Assembly (NCBI GenBank): GCA_964016885.1
Contig: OZ024749.1
Location: forward strand, 17,546,001 to 17,610,000
Direction of reading: 5' to 3'
DNA from: Eledone cirrhosa
Taxonomy: Eukaryota
DNA length: 64,000 nt
Under the pieces are notes generated by a model, which saw only the letters and a list, made by a program, of their open reading frames with translations, searched no databases and was not told the origin of the DNA. Shown in pieces: positions 49,893 to 64,000 of the stretch (positions are counted from its first letter, which is position 1; every line of letters starts with the position of its first letter). The translations under genes were made by a program, and so were the position numbers.

Positions 49893-50357
49893 ACACACAC
49901 ACACACACATATATATATATGATTTCTATATATCTATACATTGTTGTTCAAAGGAATGGCTGAAACAGATTGACACCAATGATGTCACAGCTCATCATTT
50001 AATGTCCAATCTGATGAGTTCCACTCCACTTGCTAAGGTCTGGGATGTTGAGTTTTGTTACAAAAATATCACTAAAACCAAGATACTGGGTTGGTATAAC
50101 TACCTGGTTTGAAAGTGTTGTGGTGTGGTATGGTATGTATTGGATGTGGTGTGACATGATGTGTCTGTTGTGTGGGATGGGGGTATGTATTGTGGTGTTT
50201 GGATGTGTGTGTGTGCAGAATGATATGTTGTTGTGTGTGTGTAGTGTATAGAGGAAATTTTACAAACATAGGACCTAGAAGAGGTGTGTGAGGACTCTAC
50301 CCCTTACAACCCTCTCAGGAATGGGTGAAGAAAGTTGTAAAGTATTTTCAAATGTGG

Positions 50358-50473
50358 TCTGGAGAGGTTGTGGTGAGTATGTGTGTGTTTTTGTAGGATC
50401 TCGACAATAAACTCTTACGGTTAAAACTTACCATGACTAACATCCTACAAAAACACACACACACACTCTCCAG
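50358..50473. repeat. Small inverted-repeat element
   Basis: Arms ctggagag..gtgtgtgtttttgtaggat and atcctacaaaaacacacac..ctctccag, at the point where block X is truncated. Confidence 0.55.
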
Positions 50474-50884
50474 AGGTGAAAGCAACGATTCTTTGCTTAT
50501 ACTTTAATCTGTTCTTATAATATGTATATAACCAAGTGAAAAGATATATCTATGTACAGAGAGAGAAAGAGCCATATATTGAAGAAAATATATGATATAT
50601 GGGTCACTCTCTCTCTATATATATATATATCTTTGTATTTGGTTGTTATGGCTCTAGATAAAATCTATTGAGTTTGCTTCTTGAGAAACAAAATTCTAAA
50701 CATATTTGATATGTTTTAATTTATTTGTGTGTGTGTGTGTGTATGTGTATATATATATATATATGTGTGTGTGTGTGCCTGGTTGTCATCGATCCCTCCA
50801 GTTTGTTTATCTACCAGCATATCAGGAAAAAATTATACATTTTCTCTGTATTTTGTCTAAGGAGAACATGTTTTGTTTATGTTA

Positions 50885-51500
50885 TACCCTTGCAAGCAGG
50901 GAAAAGCGGACGTAAAATGATGATGTTGATGATAAAACTTTGCATCTTCGAAACATATATAATGAAATAAATATTATTACTAATATTATTATTATTATTA
51001 TATATATATCATCGTCATCATTTTACGTCTGCTTTTCCCTGCTTGCAAGGGTGGGATAGGTCCTATTCAGCACAGCATCTCTCCACTTGTCACGGTCCTT
51101 CGTCATCTCCACCGTGAGCTTCAGCGATCTGAGGTCTGCTCTCTCTACCTCCACCCATGTTTTTCTTGGTCTTCCTTCAACTGGCATTTCTTTACCCAGC
51201 GGTCATCCTCCATGCGCATCACATGTCCATACCACATCAGTCTCCTCTCCTACACACTACAACTTATCCCTCTTAAACACAGTTTCTCTCTCAATACATT
51301 TATGCTTGGTCGTTCACGCACATTGACATTGCACATCCAATGAAGCATGCTTGCCTCATTTCTCTCCAGATGTCGCATATCCTCTGCAGTTGCTGCCCAT
51401 GTCTCACTACCATGCAGCATCGCGCACCTCACACAGGCATCATATAAACGGCCTTTCAAACGTAGGGAGAAAACCCTTCTTCGTCAGCAGAGGAAGCAGA
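50885..51500. mobile_element. Two RTE 3' fragments tail to tail
   Basis: Plus-strand tail at 50885-50935. Minus-strand fragment at 51010-51500 encodes KGRLYDACVRCAMLHGSETW. Confidence 0.8.
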
Positions 51501-53086
51501 TCCCTCAAATGTTAGAAGGACAAATATATTCTACATTTACTTAAATATAGATTTAAACAGAGATGGTAGAATGACAGAATTGGTAGTGTCCCTTAGCATT
51601 AATCACTGAATTAATATCCAGTAATGTCTGGTTTTCTTCTTCTATCATTTACATTACTCTATATTTACTATTATATTTTCGCAGTAAACGTAATTATCTC
51701 ACAAAATATTGAATCCATGAGATTTTGATATTATTTATTTTGGGAACAATACCTGAACATCAGTATGAACGGCCGGTTACGGCCAGTTTGAACAGAAAAG
51801 GTAAGAGAACTCTGGCTGGATACAGATGGTTTAAATGCTAAAGGGTTAAATGAATGATTTAATAAATAACAGCTCTATTGAAACACTACTGTGTTGTTCT
51901 GAGATGATTTCAGTAGAATTTCAAACAGTAGAAGGACAAATATATTCTACATTTACTTTAATATAGATTTAAACAAAGATGGTAGAATGAGAGAATTGGT
52001 AGAGTGTCAGAAAACCTACCATTGCAGTATTTCTCCTGGCTTTTAATATTCTGAGTTCAAATCCCACTGAGGTAAATTTTATATTTTATTCTTCTAGGCT
52101 AGATAAAATATATTATATGTACTATGGTTGATTTAATAAACTTTGCCCTTCCCCAAAATTGCTGGTCTTGAGCCTAATTTACAAATCAATAGAGATTTAA
52201 CAAGTTTGTTGCTTCATATTTCTCAAAATACTTTTATTTAGTGTGACTAGTGCAGTAAATTGGCAGTAATCGGTAGAGAGTCAGACAACAAGCTTTGCAT
52301 TATATAGTTATGCCCTCTTATGTTCTGAGTTCATGCTGAGGGTAGCTTTCCCTTTCATCCATACGGGGTTGATAAAATAAAGTACCAGTAATGCACTTTT
52401 CCAGACCCTCAATATTATTGGGCCTGTGCCTACATCAAATACCATTATTTACTGTGTCTAAGAACATTCAGTAACCTATACTATCACAACCCCAATGATA
52501 CCAGCCAAGACAGTGTCTCAAAATTCTCTCTGGCCAGCAGAAACCCAGGTACCAGTTGCCTCATGCTTCTAGCTAAGGACAGAATGGAGAAAGGGTTAAC
52601 CTGGAGGCTAGTGAGGGAGATGTGTTGAAGTAGCCATTGAAACCTCTGGGGGCCTCACAAGTTTTAAAAACAACAAAGTCCAATAGAATTTTAAACATAT
52701 AAAATACCAATGAAGTGTTTGTGTTTGATCTATTCTAACAACTTTCAAGTTATCATTACATATGGTGTTCAAAACAGATATTTAAATGGGAAAATAACAA
52801 AAGTATGGAATCACAGACTGGACAAATTCCTCAAATGTAACTCTTTAATTAACAAAAATAGATTGAATTTCAGGAGATAAATATAATTTATTTAATATAT
52901 TATGAAAAACTGATAAATGATTTACACTAAAAAGAAGTATATAAAAACCAGGAAAAGACATATACACTCCTTCAATTAAATGTGTAAGGAATTGAACTAG
53001 GAACAGTAATTTGTAAATTTCTATTTCAACACAATAAAATATAGAAATGTTGAACTGTTGAGCTGGAGAACTGTTGAACTGAAGAA

Positions 53087-53255
53087 ATAATTGTTTCTAT
53101 TTTTGGCACAAGGCCAGCAATTATTCCAGTGTATTACTGGTACTTTATTTTATCGACCCCGTAAGGATGAAAGGCAAAGTTAACCTTGGCGGGATTTGAA
53201 CTCAGACCATAAAGGGCCGTAACTCTTTGCTGCAAAGCATGGTGTCCGACCCTCT
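53087..53255 (-). mobile_element. tRNA-derived SINE
   Basis: Same family core, flanked by ctgaagaaataat on both sides. Older copies at about 51980-52190, 52255-52445, 13840-13980 and 57000-57090. Confidence 0.8.
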
Positions 53256-53564
53256 GAAGAAATAATGAACTGTAGAACTAAAGTGAGGATGTAACAACAA
53301 CAACACTGAATGTAATTCCATGACAACAGAAATAATTGTGTACTTCTGGATCTGTAAGACTGTATGTCAAACCTGTTGGATAAAATTGAGTACCCCAGTT
53401 TAACTGAAGTATAATAGGCAAAAATATGAGCACACTTGAAACACATAATTGTGATATGATTGGCTGTCATTAAATAAAAAAAAAAATAAGACAGCACTTG
53501 TTAAATGACATACAATATGAGTTCAATATGTGACAATGTTGGTGCTGCTTTCTAATATTTCTTT

Positions 53565-53806
53565 GACAAGACACTCACAGCATTACCTCAGATGATAGAG
53601 TCTCTCAATTACACATTACAACAGGGAATGTTGGTGTTGACTTCTAACATATCTGAGACAAGACACAGCATTAGTTCATGTGATAGAGGGTCCCTTATTT
53701 ACACACCACAACAGGGAATGTTGGTGTTGACCTCTAACATACCTGAGACAAGACACATCATTACCTCAGATGATAGAGGGTCCCTCAATTATACATTACA
53801 ACAGGA
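53565..53806. repeat. Minisatellite, about 88-bp unit, under 3 copies
   Basis: Repeated acaacagggaatgttggtgttgac..tgagacaagacac..tgatagag. Confidence 0.75.
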
Positions 53807-54039
53807 AATTTTAGCTATTGCAAACAAAGAAAAAAAGAAAAAGAATTTTGCAATTATATCATTAAAAATAAATTTAGGAAGACAAAAGTTAGACATGCAA
53901 AGGATTTTGATTCCAGTTTAAAACATATTTAAGAAATGGAGTCTGTAGAACTGATATGGTTACATTTTTGATGTTGGTGGACAATAAGTTTAGACTGGTA
54001 AAAGGAAGGGTATCTCAGGGTTCACAGTTAAATAGTTTT

Positions 54040-56245
<2,206 letters not shown>

Positions 56246-56822
56246 TGTACGAGTGATTTGGGGTAAGAAATGGTCCTCTATGTACTTATATATATGATCA
56301 GGTGTGTATTGATGTATATGCGAGCAGTCTTAACAAACCTGAATTGTTTATCACGGAGTGTAGAAAAGTACACAATATCTTCTGTGTTAACAATACAAAT
56401 AATACGTACTTTATATTTCAAGTCCAAATGTAAAGTCAAGAAAGACCAGGAAAGTTAATTGTTTGGATGTTGGTGATTTAAACCTATTTCTCACTATCCT
56501 GTAAAATGTGGACAACCAATTCATGATGTAGCGTAGTTTCTCATGAAATGAAATATTTAATCATGTAGGTGATGGAACACCTACGCTGGAACATATAGCT
56601 CACTCTATGTTATCTACAAAATATTAACTTTCACTCTAACATAAGATAATTGCTACATAAAATATAATTAGATTAATTAAAGTTATAATTAAGATAGCAG
56701 GTACGTGGTGTCGTTGACAATGCTTACTTTTCCGGGTTGTAACCCGTGTCATACGTTAAAAGTCTCTAATATAATTTCAAATATATATATGTACAATACA
56801 GGCCGAAACTTATCAAAGTTAA

Positions 56823-56873
<51 letters not shown>

Positions 56874-57326
56874 ATACGTGCATACATATATACTGTATAT
56901 ATATATATATACATACATATATATATGTGTGTGTATACGTGCATACATATATACTGTATATATATATACATACATATATATACTTATATAATTGTTCCGA
57001 CTCTCTGAGTTCAAATCCCACCAAGGTCACGTTTGCCTTTCAACCTTTCAAGGTCCATAAGTACCAATCTAGTACTAGGGTGGATTCTTACTCTATATCT
57101 CTTTCTCATTTCCTCTCTCTCACTTTCTAACTTTCTCTGGAAGAAATCGGGTGAAATCAGGACTGGAGAGAGATAGGCTCCACCAGGGACCATATATATA
57201 TATATGTAGAGGTTATATTTAATTTGTTGGGACAACAAGCAAAATATTTTTTATAACTGATATAAAGCACTCAACAAATTATTGGAGTAAATATACAAAT
57301 GGAAACTATATTTATAAAACCATATT

Positions 57327-57392
57327 TATTTCATTATACATATTTCAAGGGCCACCAAGGCAGATTATGGTGCACTTTCATCAGATAAAATA
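57327..57392 (-). ncRNA. Type I hammerhead ribozyme in the 3' pLTR
   Basis: Minus strand reads tattttat CTGATGA aagtgcacca..tggtggccctt GAAA tatgta TA atgaaata. Confidence 0.8.
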
Positions 57393-57804
57393 TAATATAG
57401 ATTAGTTTTATAAATAAATATTGACATACCCTGAAAAATGCAACCTTCACGGTTGGTGTCTCCTGGATAGTGGAGATATTAGATTTATCGTTGGTTTATT
57501 ATGCAAATTAGTGTCGGAAAGGTTTAAATAACAGTATATTTAAATTAAGCCGTTGGAAGAGGGAAAAGAGAAAGAGAAAAAAAAGTTGTTTATATCCACT
57601 TTTTGCCAGTGGGATAGAGTAAACGTGAGTATATTTAAGTGAGAGAGAATATTAGTTATAAAGACAGCAATAGCGTAATTTTGTTTGCGTTATGAGAAAA
57701 GAAGTGAAGAAATGAATATAGCGTGGATGAATAATAGCCAGATTCATTATAATGATAGGTTGAAGAATTTTATCTAAGGTTTAATTAATAAATTTGATTA
57801 AATG

Positions 57805-58515
57805 TGTAACGAAATATTATGTGTGGTTGTAACGACAAGTGGATGGATGTAACTGTTGGTATGGTGGTTTCGGTGTAAAGAAAAATACCAGGAGTGTTGT
57901 TACAAAGTTTATTTTATTACAACAATATTCAATTTGAATATTGAATGATAAAATAATTGACACAAAATATTCATACAATAATTTGGTGGCTCTTCGAGCC
58001 ACGTAAATTCAAATATCACAGAATACGATTATAATATGTGTAAACAGAAATGAATTGTGCGTGTACAAATGCTGGCCTCACTATGAATGCGTGTGTGCGG
58101 CGTATCAGTATATTTACTTATTTGTATTGCAGGAGTCAGCGATCAGCCAGGAAGGTGAGAATAAATGGCAGACTGGCTTTTCGTGACGAGAGCCTGTAAA
58201 AACGTCTCGTCTTGTCTGTATCCACTTCTTTTCTGTTTTAGGCGTAAACAATCCCTGTATTTATAAGAGTTGAAGTTAGAAGGATAGATATATCCTCTGA
58301 ACTTTGGTTAGTCTCCCAAGGGATTAGTTTGCCAAGCGTAAACAAGTCAGAAAGATGGATATATCCTCTGACCTATTTTCTGTCAGGCGTAAACACCTCT
58401 GACCTGTGTTTAGCCTCCCCCAAGGGGTTAGTCTCTTGAGCGTAAACAAGTTACCACGGCTTGTCCCAGAGGCGGGAAAGCTCAGATTAGGTTTCGAATC
58501 TTCGCCGCCGTTATA
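57805..58515 (-). mobile_element. Solo LTR, copy B
   Basis: Inverted near-identical copy of 9768-10482 with 4-bp TSD AATG. The empty site is visible at 63981-64000. Confidence 0.9.
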
Positions 58516-59231
58516 AATGTTTAATTAATAATTTATTAATTCAATCAGTAGTTTAAATGTGTATGTTAGATTATTAAAAAATTGAAAACTTTTATATATA
58601 TTATTAAAAAATATATTATAATTACAAAACCATATATATTATTATTATAATAAGATATATATTATCATTAATTATTTTAAAATTCCGAGAGTTTACAGAA
58701 GAATAATCCCTTATTTGTATTATTTGCAGTACAACGTAAAGGAAATTGTTAGTGATTTATTAATAATTCAGATAACTCTAAGGATTAAATGCTATAAGGT
58801 TAAGAAGTTAAAAAGTTAAATTTTCTATCTTAATAATGTAATTAGAATATGAATCTTATGTTATTTTATAGTAAGTCATAAATTTATAAATTCATAAATC
58901 TACCTGTTATAACTGTTAAAACATAAATTTACTTGCTATAACGTCATAACATATAGAAATTATAATATTTAAAATTTTCATAGGAATATATCTAAAGCAT
59001 AAACCATAAAAAAACTCTTTCATAAGAGTATATTTATAGAATATATTTAAAGTACAAATTTTAGGTTATACCATATATACATAAAAAATCACTATGTTTA
59101 TATATATATAAAAACATTTTGATATATATATATATATTAAGCATTTGAAAAATATAAGAATATAGAAATATAAAATACACAATATAAAATATGAATAATA
59201 ATTTTTAAAAATATAAGAGAGAGAGAGACTG

Positions 59232-60968
59232 ATGAATGTGGAGAACGAATGGGAGAGAGAGAAATTACCCTTGGTAGATCCGACAGAGGGACCAGCTATT
59301 GAGATTGACCAAGAGGCGATTAGGGAAATGAAAAATGGTAAGGCGGCCGGACCATCGGGAATAGTTGCTGAGATTCTGAAGGCATCAGGGGACGTAGGCA
59401 CTAAACTGGTTGCACGCATCATCAATCAGGCTATATATGGTGGTGTCATACCCAAAGACTGGTGCAGCAGTATTCTCATAAATTGCTACAAAGGTAAAGG
59501 GGATGCTTTGGAGAGGAGCAATTATAGGGGTATAAAACTGATAGATCAGGTTATGAAAGTGGCAGAAAGGGTTTTAGCACAACTAATTAGAGAAAGGGTC
59601 AAACTAGATGAGATGCAGTTTGGTGTTGTGCCTGGGAAGAGTACAACAGATGCCCTCTTCTTGGTGAGACAAATGCAAGAGAGGTTCTTAGAGAAGAATA
59701 AGCCACTATACTTAGCCTTTGTTGACCTAGAGAAGGCCTTTGATAGGGTACCCCGATCTGTCATCTGGTGGTCCCTAAGGAAGCTAGGTGTTGAGGAATG
59801 GCTTGTGAGGACAGTGCAAACTTTGTACAGAGGTACTCTCAGTAAAGTCAGGGTAGGAATGGAGTTTAGTGAGGAATTCCAGATACAAGTAGGAGTACAT
59901 CAGGGTTCGGTCCTCAGCCCGCTCTTGTTCATTATAGTCCTCCAAGCCATAACAGAGGAGTTTAAGACTGGCTGTCCATGGGAACTTCTCTATGCTGACG
60001 ATCTGGCTCTTATAGCAGAATCAGTAGAGGAGCTAGAGAATAAATTCCGGCTATGGAAACAGCAGTTGGAAGCAAGAGGACTGAGAGTAAATCTAGCTAA
60101 GACAAAAGTGTTGATGAGTAGAAAAGAGGACAAAACCCTGATTCCGTCAGGGAAATGGCCATGTTCGATATGCAGAAAAGGAACTGGCATAAATTCTATA
60201 AAATGCACACAATGCAGGTCCTGGGTACACAAGAGATGTAGCAGGATAGCAGGCAAACTAACAGGTAGGGAGAAATATGTATGCAGTAGATGTACAGAGA
60301 AATTAGACAGTAGAAGTCGCACTGATAGACACATTTTTCAAATGCGAGAGGGCGCTATAGAAGTGATGGATAGCTTCCGGTACCTAGGAGATAAGATTAG
60401 CATGGGAGGAGAGTGTTCCGAGGCCATAGTATCTAGAATAAGGACGGGTTGGAAGAAGTTTAGGGAGCTGCTTCCTCTGTTGACGAAGAAGGGTTTCTCC
60501 CTGCGTACGAAAGGCCGGTTGTATGATGCCTGTGTGAGGAGTGCGATGCTGCATGGTAGTGAGACATGGGCAGCAACCGCAGAGGATATGCGACGTCTGG
60601 AGAGAAATGAGGCAAGCATGCTCCGTTGGGTGTGCAGTGTAAATGTGCGTGAACGACCCGGCATAAATGTGTTGAGAGAGAAACTGTGTCTGAGAGGGAT
60701 AGAATGTAGTGTACGGGAGAGGAGACTGAGGTGGTATGGACATGTGATGCGCATGGAGGATGACCGATGGGTGAAGAAGTGCCAGGAAATGCCAGTTGAA
60801 GGAAGACGTGGTAGAGGTAGACCACGAAAAACATGGGCGGAGGTGGTGAGAACAGACCTCAGATCATTGAAGCTCATGGTGGAGATGACGAGGGACCGTG
60901 ATGAGTGGAGAGATGCTGTGCTGAATAAGACCCGTCCCACCCTTGCAAGCAAGGAAAAGCGGACGTAA
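59232..60968 (+). CDS. RTE LINE reverse transcriptase ORF, 578 aa, 5'-truncated
   Basis: Uninterrupted ORF with NYRGIKL, DLEKAFDRV, QGSVLSP, YADD and RRLRWYGHV. The endonuclease is absent. (GAT)n tail to about 60989 and 43-bp flanking duplication at 59154-59196 and 60988-61030. Confidence 0.95.
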   Translation: MNVENEWEREKLPLVDPTEGPAIEIDQEAIREMKNGKAAGPSGIVAEILKASGDVGTKLVARIINQAIYGGVIPKDWCSSILINCYKGKGDALERSNYRGIKLIDQVMKVAERVLAQLIRERVKLDEMQFGVVPGKSTTDALFLVRQMQERFLEKNKPLYLAFVDLEKAFDRVPRSVIWWSLRKLGVEEWLVRTVQTLYRGTLSKVRVGMEFSEEFQIQVGVHQGSVLSPLLFIIVLQAITEEFKTGCPWELLYADDLALIAESVEELENKFRLWKQQLEARGLRVNLAKTKVLMSRKEDKTLIPSGKWPCSICRKGTGINSIKCTQCRSWVHKRCSRIAGKLTGREKYVCSRCTEKLDSRSRTDRHIFQMREGAIEVMDSFRYLGDKISMGGECSEAIVSRIRTGWKKFRELLPLLTKKGFSLRTKGRLYDACVRSAMLHGSETWAATAEDMRRLERNEASMLRWVCSVNVRERPGINVLREKLCLRGIECSVRERRLRWYGHVMRMEDDRWVKKCQEMPVEGRRGRGRPRKTWAEVVRTDLRSLKLMVEMTRDRDEWRDAVLNKTRPTLASKEKRT

Positions 60969-63518
60969 AATGATGATGATGATGATGATAAGAATATAGA
61001 AATATAAAATACACAATATAAAATATGAATTATAATTTTCTTATACCCATCAGAGGAATTTTCAAAAAATTTTCTTTAAATCTTTCAGTACGTTTATCAA
61101 GAAACATTTTTCAAGAAAAAAGTTTTTCCTTAAGAGAGTTATAAGCAGTCTTATAAAGGAATCTAATGATTTATCGATACCTGTATCGATATGTATTACA
61201 TTTTATATAAATATTTAAACGTTGAATTCAACCGATGTTTACAAGAACTGAAAAGGTTATTTCTTAAATTGACAGAATTTTTACTTTTTAATATAAAAAA
61301 TATTTCCTCTATACAAAGAGCACAATTTTCATATGAAGCATTGAATGAAGGTGCTTTGGAGTTAATATTCCAAAGTAAAGAATAGTTGGTGTTCTTTGAT
61401 TTTAGGTCCCATAGTAAATTAGATAGAGAAGTTGAAGATTTTTTATTTATATTCGTAAAAGAGCATTTATTGTTATTAAAACGGGACTTAAAATCTGTGG
61501 GGGTAGAGCCTATATAATTAAATTAATTTAAATTAGTTTTTACATCACAATTATATACTATTTTTAACTAAACAATTGCTATTTAGCGGACAGTTAGATT
61601 TATTTCTACAGTTACATTTATCTAAATTTAAGTTCCTAGGAGCCGTATTATTAAATTGGATATTGCTGGGGTTATTAATGGTATTCTGGTTAGGTTTTAA
61701 GTTTCTATTATTAATTCTATTAATATTCTGTGCTAAATTACTGGTGGTGGAATATGATAATTTTATAGTATGTCTATTAAATATTGAGTAATACCTATGT
61801 GTTATAGGAAAGCATTTATCTAGAGCTTTAAAGAATAATTTAGCAATAGGAGTTTTAATACTTAATATATTCCTAGTTCTATTTCTTTTTTTGTTTTTCG
61901 AATTATTGTAGTTGTTAAAATTATGGTTAGTTGGCATATCATTATTATCAATATATTTAATGTTATTACTATATCCAGCTCTATCTAACGCTTCGTTATA
62001 ATATTGCGCTTTATCTTCAAAAATATTCTTATTAGCTGAAATTCTAGAAATACGTTGCTGCACAGAGTTTACTATAGTGTTTTTAACGGATCTGGGGTGA
62101 TTGGAGTTAAAATTAACGTAGTTTAAGTTCTCGTTTAGTTTGTGAAATGGATAATAAAGACCTGTGTTAAGGTTTAAAGTTACATCTAGAAAGTTAACTA
62201 TTTTATAATTATTCTCTATTTCTACTTTAAGATTAAGGTAATTAAAAAATTGTATAATTTCTTTTCTTTTCCTATTTATTTCACAGTTATTATTTTCTAT
62301 AAGTAAAAGCATGTCGTCGCGATATAAACCTCCGGTATTTTCCTATGTAGAGTATTATTAATAAAAAGCCCCACAAGATCCGTTATTTGTGCGGAATCGG
62401 ATGACCCCATATTGATATCAAAATTACTATCTCTGTCTGCTCTAGTCCAGAGGTGGTTGTTAAATTTAATTAATGTTTTCCGTGCAGTTAAGATAATGTG
62501 CATTTCATTACTAGTTAAGTCTGTATGTTTAAATGCATATGTTAGGGCTTTATTAAGTAAATTAGGAGTGATGGATGAGTAATAATTAGCAATATCCAAT
62601 TGAATAAACTTATTATTATAGCTATATTTAATGTATTTAAACCAGTCGATAACTTCATTAGTTCCTTTCCATAATTTTAAATAAGATAATTCCTTAATTT
62701 GTGGTATGATTCTGTCTTAAATATTCTTGCTAAGTATGCCAAGGTCCGATTTAGATGGTGCAATCAATCTAACTGGTAATTCAATTTCAAAATTCCTTTT
62801 ATGGTCCTTCATATTAATTTTTGGTTTCCTAGGCATGAAGGGTTGTGTCCTATTTTCGATGCCTAATTCCTGCATTATGTAAGTAGCTTCCGTATTCAGT
62901 TTTTCAAGGTCATCGTTGGTTGTTTTTTTGTATTTCTTCCTTAATTCCTTCAATATAAGATCGTTATAAATATCCTTTTGCATTCCATAGAGATTGTTCG
63001 TTTTATCTGACATGACTAGAATTTTTTTCCGTTTTTTCAAAGCTTTCTATATTAGTTTTGAGATTTCTTAGGTAATCCTGGATTTCGAAGTTGTTTTTTT
63101 TTAAATTTAATGCTTTGAATGATAGAGATGATCTCATTTTCAAAATCCATTAGTAGTTTGTTAGAAGGTGGATTCTTTTTAGATTTGAAGATTCTATTGC
63201 GCATCAGATTTATCGAAGTGGAAAGCTCGCCACCTGAGTCTTCTTATAAATGAGTCTGATTTTTCTATTAGTTGTTTTATAAAGATTTATTCCTAGGTAA
63301 AGGTATGTCCTTTAGAGAAGAAGAGATCTTAAAGAATTCCATTATTATTCAGTTATAATTTAAAGCGCTCAACAGTAAAGGAGCAACATATATGTAGAGG
63401 TTATATTTAATTTGTTGGGATACAACAAGCAAAATATTTTTTATAACTGATATAAAGCACCCAACAAATTATTGGAGTAAATATTAACAAATGTAAACTA
63501 TATTTATAAAACCATATT

Positions 63519-63584
63519 TATTTCATTATACATATTTCAAGGGCCACCAAGGCAGATTATGGTGCGCTTTCATCAGATAAAATA
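63519..63584 (-). ncRNA. Type I hammerhead ribozyme in the 5' pLTR
   Basis: Same fold as 57327-57392, lying about 180 nt upstream of the ORF start. Confidence 0.8.
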
Positions 63585-64000
63585 TAATATAGATTAGTTT
63601 TATAAATAAATATTGACATACCCTGAAAAATGCAACCTTCACGGTTGGTGTCTCCTGGATAGTGGAAAAAATAGATTTATCGTTGGTTTATTATGCAAAT
63701 TAGTGTCGGAAAGGTTTAAATAACAGTATATTTAAATTAAGCCGTTGGAAGAGGAGAAAGAGGAAAAGAAGTTGTTTATATCCACTTTTTGCCAGTGGGA
63801 TAGAGTAAACGTGAGTATATTTAAGTGAGAGAGAATATTAGTTATAAGGACAGCAATAGCGTAATTTTGTTTACGCTATGAGAAAAGAAGTGAAGAAATG
63901 AATATAGCATGGATGAATAATAGCCGGATTCATTATAATGATAGGTTGAACAATTTTATCTAAGGTTTAATTAATAAATTTGATTAAATGTTTAATTAAT

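Larger units (their letters stand above)
57205..64000 (-). mobile_element. Penelope-like element 2 with direct terminal repeats, interrupted by a solo LTR and an RTE
   Basis: 57205-57804 is repeated at 63393-63990. The frameshifted ORF runs from ATG 63342 (MEFFKISSLKDIPLP..FIRRLRWRAF) through RT and CxCx5Cx5C to the GIY-YIG region near 61200. Confidence 0.9.

Noticed and set aside
51512-52005. Direct repeats of about 70 bp at 51512-51585 and 51929-52002 as possible LTRs
   Set aside because: No TG..CA ends, PBS or TSD. It looks like a local duplication overlapping a SINE head.
56705-57130. YI/VC-rich ORFs here and at 37635-37961, 5112-5706 and 50706-50970
   Set aside because: These are translations of (TA)n and (TG)n microsatellites.

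Overview
AT-rich, microsatellite-rich animal DNA. The KRAB-less C2H2 cluster, RTE LINEs with (GAT)n tails and tRNA-type SINEs suggest a coleoid cephalopod such as Octopus, but this is inference. The backbone is a tandem cluster of seven minus-strand C2H2 zinc-finger units at about 0.8, 3.9, 18.6, 22.4, 35.2, 44.3 and 54-56 kb, each with duplicated flanking blocks. Two have uninterrupted ORFs (204 aa and 288 aa) and the rest are frameshifted or truncated. Mobile DNA fills the gaps: RTE LINEs (one young 578-aa ORF with a PHD-like finger inside the RT region, one deleted copy with three C-terminal C2H2 fingers), a CRE-like RT fragment, two Penelope-like elements (RT plus GIY-YIG), a non-coding LTR element with a tRNA-Trp primer site, a two-copy solo LTR, a gag-protease mini-element nested in a hAT-like MITE, Helitrons and many SINEs. 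Signals not in the ORF track include five type I hammerhead ribozymes (four in Penelope terminal repeats, one orphan), repeated SINE insertions into the same paralogous windows, fold-back palindromes and a conserved candidate 5'UTR exon. I could not support a wholly new biological system. All coordinates were read by eye.
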